From Lytechinus pictus (taxonomy: Eukaryota), in contig NC_087257.1 of NCBI RefSeq assembly GCF_037042905.1, positions 15,066,001 to 15,130,000 on the forward strand: 64,000 nt of DNA. The letters run 5' to 3'. Position numbers and translations under genes: made by a program. A model generated the notes under the pieces. The model was not told the origin of the DNA. It saw only the letters and a list, made by a program, of their open reading frames with translations, and did no database searches. Of the stretch, positions 42,301 to 51,300 are shown in pieces; the first letter of the stretch is position 1, and each line of letters starts with the position of its first letter.

Positions 42301-45300
42301 TATCACAACTAAATCATCGCCCTCTACGATTAAACTATGAAATACATCTTAAAGGTATAACTCATTATGCTACACAGCCCCTCCCCAAGTCTGGGCTGTC
42401 CTCGGACCAGGTATATTAACAATAAAACATAAAAATGAATTTCTTTAAATGTTATCTCGCTCTTCCAAAGAAGAAAATAAAACATTAAGACATCGTTAAA
42501 AGTATACAGGTATATACATTGGCATAGTACATAAAGGGAGTACCGTTCTTACATTAACAACCAAAACAATCTATATACAGAAATAGATAGAAAGAGCAAA
42601 CAGAGTTGTATTGAGATCAGAAAATGTCAAGATGAGAATGACATAAGAAAGGTTAGAAAAGAGGAAAAGGAAAACATGGAAGCAAAAATATAAAGCATAC
42701 ATCAATTAGGCATAAAACAACATTTTGAATACAAAATCAAATGCATCAGAGTCTTTTACTGTTTCTGGCACAAAGTTATAGCGAAAGTTATGTCCAATAT
42801 CTATTCTGCGGATTGAAGTGCTAGAGGATTTCTTCTCGGGGGTTTCTTCAAGGCGCATGTCTAGAACTACTTTTCATCATCTCGATCTCTCTCTATAAAG
42901 ACTTCTTTGGAGGCCAAGGCGTTACCCTGTCGTAACAATCAGCGGATGTGCATCCAACGCAATTCCTTCGAACTATCTATCTGAAGAACAACATCACATG
43001 CCAGGTTACATTCCGACCTTGGTCACACTCCTACTTCCTGTAGAGTATGTCTTGCTTCATCTCTAGCTGTGCATCCTCCAATAGGACTTCTCCACACTAG
43101 ACTTTGAAGCCACCGTTGACCAATCGGGCCGGTCGACTGACTGATGCTCTGCTTCCAAGATCTACCTGATCGAAGGTTCTTTCTGTTGCATGGTATCTGC
43201 TCATTGCTGATGTCAAGTTCCACGGCAACCACCCTTGCGTCTGCAAAGATCCAACCAAGTGCCCGATGATCCGTCCTGATCTCCGCCCATAGAAGTTCTG
43301 TTGCAGCTCCGAAATACTACCATGGCCCATGACTCCTTTTGAGCCCCATAGTAGTTTTTTCTCTGCTTTCTGAATGCAGTACCCCACTAGCATAGGATAT
43401 GACTTGCTCCTTCCCAACATAGGACAGCTCCAGTTCCCTCGTTGCTAGTATCTGCATATCCAACAAGTACTTCTCTTCGACGTTCAGAGATCCCCATCTC
43501 CATGCTGCACTTATCCTGCAAGGAATTTCAGATCCATTCTTCATAGCCACTCGTCGTAGGCGCTATACATTTACATGTATAGGCGCTATCCACGCTGTCG
43601 TCTACACACCGACTCAATAGGCGCTATTCACCCACGTGTATAGGCGCTATTTCCGCCACAACACTCAAGGCGCTATTCACCAACGTGTATATAGGCGCTA
43701 TCTCCGCCACACACACCCAAGGCGCCATTCACCAACGTGTGTAGGCGCTATCTCCGCCACACACACCCAAGGCGCTATTCACCAACGTGCATAGGCGCTA
43801 CCTCCGCCACGCACACTCAAGGCGCTATTCACCAACGTGCATGGGCGCTACCTCCGCCACACACACCCAGGGCGCTATTCACCAACGTGTGTAGGCACTA
43901 TCTCCGCCACACACACCCAGGGCGCTATTCACCAACGTGTGTAGGTACTATCTCCGCCACACACACCCAGGGCGCTATTCACCAACGTGTGTAGGCACTA
44001 TCTCCGCCACACACACTCAATACGCCATTCACCAACGTGTGTAGGCACTATCTCCGCCACACACACCCAGGGCGCTATTCACCAACGTGTGTAGGCACTA
44101 TCTCCGCCACACACACTCAATACGCCATTCACCAACGTGTGTAGGCACTATCTCCGCCACACACACCCAGGGCGCTATTCACCAACGTGTGTAGGCTCTA
44201 TCTCCGCCACACACACCCAGGGCGCTATTCACCAACGTGTGTAGGCACTATCTCCGCCACACACACCCAGGGCGCTATTCACCAACGTGTGTAGGCACTA
44301 TCTCCGCCACACACATCCAGGGCGCTGTTCACCAACGTGTGTAGGCACTGTCTTCTTGCCTCTCTCAAGGCTCCCTTCCTCTGCGCTATCCACGCTGTCG
44401 CCAACACATGCACTCCGGGTGCTATTCACCAACGTGCATAGGCGCTCTCTTCTTGCCTCTCTCCAGGCAATCTTCATAGGCCTTATACGTGGCGCTCCCT
44501 GTAATACAGGCGCCTATAAGTTGTCTGAGCTTCCAATACCACGTTGTTCAATCCCACCGCGGCCACCAGTGTGGCGTAACCGGGCCCTGTCGGGGGTAGC
44601 GTTCTGCCGTCTCGCAGTCTCCAGAACCCGGTCCACGCTTCTACTCACTTTTATATCTCTTTTTGGGCAGGTTCGTTCACAAAAGTATATTGTGCAACGT
44701 GGTACAATCTCTCGCTCCTCTGAAATACACCGAAACACCCGCTCACTCACCCTAAATCATGCAAATGAAGCAACTTGGGAGATATTCAGTATACAGTTCA
44801 ACTTGATTTATTCGGAGCTTACATCTTACAACCGCACGCCACCGCAGCTCCCAGCGAACTGACGTACTTCTCCAATAATCGCAAAGCATATCACAACTAA
44901 ATCATCGCCCTCTACGATTAAACTATGAAATACATCTTAAAGGTATAACTCATTATGCTACACAATTTTCTTTTGTCATTAATCATGTTGTTTTAAACAT
45001 GATATATATTTTTCAAAGACATTTTATTAACGATGATTAATTGTATTGACTATGTTAATGTTTAAAATAAAGTTTGAAATAAATGTTCCAAAATGGGTCA
45101 GTTGTAAATTAAATTGAGAGAGTTCATCAAGTAACAATAACAATCCAAACAAAAGTTCACTGTTTATTTTCTTTATTTGACAAGTCTGACAAGTTCAAAT
45201 GGATGATGATTGATGTGACGGCGCTGTTGCTGCCTCCTTGATTTAGTGGAATGAATCATTTCAAAGAAGAAATGAATGATCATGTCAACATTTATTTTAA

Positions 45301-48300
45301 ACAAAAATTTCTTTGACAATGAAATGTTTGAAATAATAAACGTTGATTCTCCTTTAATAGCATGTATTTGAAATATAAAAAAAAGAATATTTTTGAAAAA
45401 AACGTGATTTATGAGAATAAAAAAGATGTACAGATATAAAAAAATTTATATTGTCATTAATCATGTTGTTTTAAAAATTATATATTTTTTCCAAGACATT
45501 TTGTTAACGAAAATGAATTCCATTCACCGAGTAAATGTTTAAAAAAGTTTGAAATAAATGTTCCAAAATAGTCAAATTATAATTTGAGTTGAGAGAGTTC
45601 GTCAAGTAACAATAAAAACAATCCTAACAAAAGTTCACTGTTCATCTTCTTCATCTGACAAGTTCAACTGGGTGATGATTGATGTGTTGGCGCTGTTGCT
45701 GCCTCCTTGCTGCTGCTGCTGAAAGGGGGCCTGCTGTTTTTGCTGGAAGTGGGGGTGCTGCTGCTGGAAGGGGGCACGCTGCTGCTGGAAGGGGGCCTGC
45801 TGCTGGAAGGGGGCCTGTAAATTGGGCTGCTGAAATCCTCCCTGAGGGTTCTGAGGGGTCCAGGTGCTGCTTGGCCCGAGCATCCCAAGGAAGGAAGCAG
45901 GTGGAGCGTCCTGGGTGAAGCCGATCGGCGCTGACTGAGGCCTGAGTGGCTGGATCATCTGGGGAGTGCTGGGGCGAGATACTGGGGTGGTGGAAAGGTG
46001 GTCCGCCCGATCCTGGTAGCGGCTCACCAAGTTGAAAGTGTCCCTGGTGAACTCTCGCCAGAGGGGTCTTGGGAGTGGGCGGACGGCCTGCAGCATCCAT
46101 TCTAGCCAGGCCTGCCTCTCGTCAGCGCCTTGGGTGAGTGCCGCATCCACCTGGCTCCGGATGGCCGTCTGCTCGGTGGATGTTCTGATGAATTCCAGGA
46201 GGGCCTTGTCCTCATCGGTGGGCGACCCCCTCTTCTGCCTCTTCTTGGGAGGTGCAGCCCCCTGGCTGGAGACTTGGATGGAGCTGGGTGCTTGGCTGGC
46301 ATCTGGACCCTCCTCATCTAAACCCTCTTCGTCGGAGGCGGCTTCAGTAATTCGGCCACTGAGGTGGCCCAGTTGGCAGCCCTGTGACCGATGGACTATG
46401 TGCTTCGTCAGAAAACCAAGGTTGTTATTGACCCATCTCTGCCCGGGGGTAAGGACGATGGCCTTCTGACCATTCTTCTTTCCAGCGGTCTTCATCTTCC
46501 CCAGGATGGTCCTCTGGCCTTTATACCATGTCGGCCACTGAAAATATACAAAATGTAGAAGCAAGAAATTAGTCAACATCCAAAAAATTGGCATGTTTAA
46601 CTAATAAACATCATCAATAAATCGGAATGTGCATATTTTTCAGCTACTACTTACCGGTGACTCCCAGCTTTTCCGCCATCTCCATGTACTTGCGCTCCTT
46701 CTTCTTAGAGTTTTTGAAGTCCACCTTGCTCTTGTCGTAGATGAACTCATTGTCAGCGAAAAACTCGGCCAGCTCCTGCTCCATGGCTTTCCTGATACCG
46801 CAGGTAGCATGGCCATCTGTCACGTTGTTCTCATCACTGGCGGCGGCTGGTGGATCTTGGCCCCCTTCCTGCAGCATTTCATCATCCTCGGTCTGGGCTT
46901 CACCAAATTCATCACCCTCATCACCAGCTATGACAGAAGCAGTAGCTTTCTCCTCGGCCACGGGTATAGGCTGGGGCCCTTCCTCCTCATCAGGCTGATT
47001 TTTCCTCTTTTTCCTTGACTTCTTTGGGGCCATGCCGATGCTTGTATTTTGGTTGTGTCTTGTTCACTGTAGCAGCGTCTCGTCAGGCATCAGCGGTTGT
47101 AATGAAGAAAGTCGCATCGCGTGTCGTATTTATAGGCCAACACCTCGCGCGACAGGTGGTGCGGTGTGTCGCACAATGGGTCGTAGCCTTGTACGATCGG
47201 TTGTAGTAGTCGTACAACGGGTCGCTAGGTCGCGCGACATATGGCGCTACAAAACGGATATGTCGTGCGACTTGGTCGCATCATCGTTCAACCGTTGAAG
47301 CCGTTGTACGACTGTTGCACCCGGAAACATGAAAATAATCGCACGATTACGTCTCACGACTGTTGTATCCTGGTGCAGTGGTCGTTCACCTCTCGTACGA
47401 TTTTATATATTGCTTGCGACTCAAAGACAACACTTCTACAACAGGACGGAAAAAATATTTTCGAAAAAAAAATTATCGCACGAGTGAGGCGCCAATTGTG
47501 AAAGGGGCTTTACACGGTAACCGAAGTATCGGTGTCATCTGTTACCGTCGGAGTCTTCCAAGATACAAATCTCGATGTGGTCGAGGTCGGAAAATCACCG
47601 ATGTCACTCGGACAATAGGTAAAGGTCGGCGCCGTTGTATCTACTAAATGACAAATAGATGTTCACTATAACATGTCATTATATCATAGCAAAAGTGAAA
47701 TGCTATTGTATTAAATAAACCAAGACAAGATTCTTATTTTGGAAATTGCAATTATGAATTATTTTCTTCTGGCAGCGTAATCCTTTTATTTATGGTATGT
47801 CTGCCCAGCACTTTCTGGCGAAAATGTATTTAATGAAGCATTATTATTTATGTTTAGTTCCTATACCAAGCATTCATTATCTTCTTGTGAAATTATGTAG
47901 CATTATGTTGCTGTCCATGGGAATATTATCCTATATGGTGAAATGAATAAAACAATTTTTCAGAATATGGAAAATACGTGTTTAAGGTGCTTTTCGAGAC
48001 CCCATGGGGGGGGGGGCATGGTATCCACTCGTCAATGGAAGTGCCCCCCCCCCGGGCCGGTGGTTCGAGTCCCACCGAGAAACACACTTCCCTCTTTATC
48101 CACGGTGTTTAGTTAACCGGGTTCCCGGTATAGGAGGTGACACAAAAGCCAATACTGTAGTTGGTCTAGTTGGGCAGTCAAATATATTGCTGTACACACA
48201 CGTGACCAAGAAAAAAGAGTTTTTCTCTGTGTGCAAAATAACCCCCTAAACAAGTTTTTCGCGGGCTTCGTTATATTTACACATTTTGGCCCCTAAACAA

Positions 48301-51300
48301 GATGTCGCCAAAATATGACCTCGGGGTAAAAGCTTGGGGGAAAAACATACCCTAAACACGTTTGTCTAGTCTTTAAAAAAAAGCTTTGGGGGGGAAAACA
48401 TACCCTAAATACGTTTGAACCGCGATTGACCAGTCTTTCAAAACCACCCTTTTTCTTGAAAGTCTGTGTTTTTGATACCCTTAACGAGTCCACGCGCGGA
48501 CCGCGTCCAAAACTGAAAAAACACCCCTTTAAATGCGTTTTTTTTTTGGCCACGCGTGTGTACAGCAATATATTTGACTGCCCCCCCCCCCGGGTTATTG
48601 TATGAAATTTACATTGTTTAACAGTGTAAACAGCCATGCTTGAATTATTGAAGACTATGGCCCATATTCGGAAGTCAGGTTTAAGTTAGACCACGGAATA
48701 AACCAGTGCTAAAATTATGATAAGCAAACAATGTCAAGATTTGTTTGTATTGCACGTGCACCTCTTATAGTTATAAGGATTTTTTTCTCCATGCTTTAAT
48801 GACAAAGAAAAACATTTTATCAATCTTATTGTGAATTGCTGAAGTGTCAAATTCTGTCATAAACCAAACCTGTATCGTTAGAGTTTTGTGTCACAATTGG
48901 CTATCCATAGTCAAACCCCAAATTTAGACCAGGGTTTAAATTAATCGTGAGTTCATAATACGGACCGTATAGGCCCGTATTCTGAACCCGGGTTGAATTT
49001 AAACTTTGTGTATTAAAGATTTTAAACATTTGTTTAAACTGTTAAACAACTGCTTTAAAATGCATTTAGTGAACAGCGCTTATTAACAATTTTAAACAGA
49101 CTTTCTACTCAACTGTGACGGAATATTAGTATTATTGTTATCATTATCATTAATTATTCACGAACCTGGGGCGACCTGTGGTGGTGGGTGACTTGGGACT
49201 GGTGTCCGGCGTCTTCTTCTCCTCCTCCTCCAAGCATCTGGAATTATTTAAGAATATAAAGAAAAAACATGATTTTATCTGTTGGGGTTGCATGCAGTTC
49301 CAGTATATAGATCATAAAATATAATTGCTATAAAATAAAAATCACAAATGCAGAAAATAATTTATGTTAACTAATTATACTTTCGATATATTTTACTTGA
49401 AAATAAATCGTATTTCCCCTGAATTTTCAACGATGGGTGTTGAATATCTATTCCACATGGTTGATTAAAAAGGATGAAATGTAAAAACTTATACATAATT
49501 ATGTTAGGTCATTACTAATTCAAATAATTGTATGGTCCTGTGGTCGAGTAACCTAAGGTAGGCCTACCTGATCAGGGTTAGATGTTCGATACCAAGCACG
49601 GCGCTTAATTATGCCATCGAGCGTAATACCTATATTATGTGCTTTTCGGTTTAATTGTTTATCAACTAGTGAAATGCTGAAGACACTAATTAAACTTCAT
49701 AATAGAACTTGTGCATTTTTTATGTCAACCAGTCTTCATGAAAGGAGCTCTGGTATATTATAGCTGATCAAAGATAAATTAAAAGCCCTTTCTAATCAGG
49801 GGGTGTTTCGCCACGATTATTTTTCGCCGACAACAGTCAGTGCTGACTATTTGAATCAGCGGAGAAAATTGGATAGGTCGGAATGTAAAGGACCACCGAC
49901 GAATTTCCAGAAATTTGTTTAGGATTTTCTCCAACAAATCTTCATGAAATGAAATTTAGTCGGAAACAGTGAAATGTAGTCGGAGATGATGAATTTGTCG
50001 GAGAAAATGAAATTAGTCGGAGAAAACCTCCGACTATATTTTCATAACCCCCCCCCCCGGCCCCCCTCCCTGAACTACTATTTTTTGTATATCACTTTTA
50101 AGAAAAAAAAAAGTGGATTTACTGTATAATAAATCAACTCTTTCAAACGTGATATCACACAAGTTGTACGCACCAGTGGCGGATCTAGGGGGGGGGGGGG
50201 GGTTAAACCCAAAACTCGGGTCCCTAATAATCAATTTTAAAAAGGAGTTTGGGGTCAAACTCCAACACCCCTTCCCTGTTTACAAGGGTCGCGCAAGCAG
50301 AACAGTGTCTGATCTACGGGGGGAGGTGAGATGCATTACGTCGCACCTCATCGTACTTGGGTCAAACATACTTAGCAAACCCCCGGCCCCCCACTCAGAG
50401 TTATTTAGGGTACGCCTGCATGTGCTCGTTCCCTCCCTTTGAAGGCACTCCCTATCTCATGTCTGCCAAATTTTCTGAACACCCCGTTCGCGGGCTTTCC
50501 CTGACTTGGAGACCCCCCTTGATCCGGAACACTGCTCAATGACCCCCCCCCTATCTCAGGTGACCTCTCATTCCAACCCCCCTATCTCGGGACAGACACC
50601 CCCCCCCCCCCCCACCCCCTTCATCTCAGGTAAGCTGTCAGTACAATGATGGAGGACAAGCTTTCAAAACTAGCAGGAATTTCAGAAATTTGATCCCGGG
50701 ATTTGATCAATTTTTCTATGATATTCAAAATATTTTATAACCCCCTTTCTAAATTTCCCAGGAGTCGAAAAATTAAGAGAGAGAGAGAACACCCACTTTT
50801 TAAAGAAATATCCGAGTGAAAAGTCAAATACACCCCCTTTTTTACAATTTGCGGGCAGGACTTGTCCCGCGAAAAAGCACCCCTTTACCGGACATTTTGG
50901 GAACACGCATGCGAGTCCCTCCGACCCCGGAGTGGGGGGGGGGGGGAGCAAACCCCCCCCCCCCCTCCCCCTCTTAGCAGAAAGCTAGATCCGCCACTGG
51001 GCGCAAGGCGTGAACAGGGAGCTTCACAGACAAACAAGACATTCTCGACATTTTGTGTTTTTTTTCTCTGAACTATGAGATCATTACCAGACATTCACTT
51101 CCGAAATATATTGATGAAATGGTTTCTTGTGACTAGGTTTCGTTCAAAGTTCTTATAACCCAATAAGCATTTCCTCGTATAGTATAAAATTAGCTCGTAT
51201 AAAGTTCTCTTTTTTATTCATTTTTTGCTCTAGAAATGATCAAAGGAACATGATATATCGTTATAACGGAATATAATACACCGTTATAATTTATCATGCT

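Larger units (their letters stand above)
41982..44962 (-). mobile_element. Non-autonomous Ty3/Gypsy-derived LTR retroelement nested in the Harbinger
   Basis: 393-bp LTRs 41982-42374 and 44570-44962 (TGTAGC...GCCACA on -), apparently identical. PBS 44550-44568, PPT GGGGAGGGG 42378-42386, frameshifted RNase H remnant ~43220-43490. Confidence 0.9.
39959..47509 (+). mobile_element. PIF/Harbinger DNA transposon, full-length two-gene structure, probably defective
   Basis: 17-bp perfect TIR AGCCCCTTTCACAATTG; TTA TSD (39956-58, 47510-12); DDE transposase and convergent MADF/Myb-like gene; subterminal TCGTACGA-like motifs. Confidence 0.95.

Noticed and set aside
43618-44350. CRISPR-like array
   Set aside because: Units are contiguous with no unique spacers, there are no cas genes, and the context is a eukaryotic LTR element.
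44545-44570. tRNA gene
   Set aside because: Only the 3' ~19 nt including CCA match, directly next to an LTR, so it is a PBS. The tRNA-like stretches at 11461 and 59900 are SINE heads.
41878-44862. ORFs 41948-42274, 43737-43994 and 44287-44862
   Set aside because: They are chance frames through the LTRs and the tandem array, with no recognisable domains.
45651-47018. Overlapping and antisense ORFs over Harbinger ORF2, and similar ORFs over aGPCR exons (14809-15228, 20062-20364)
   Set aside because: Shadow frames of GC-rich coding sequence.
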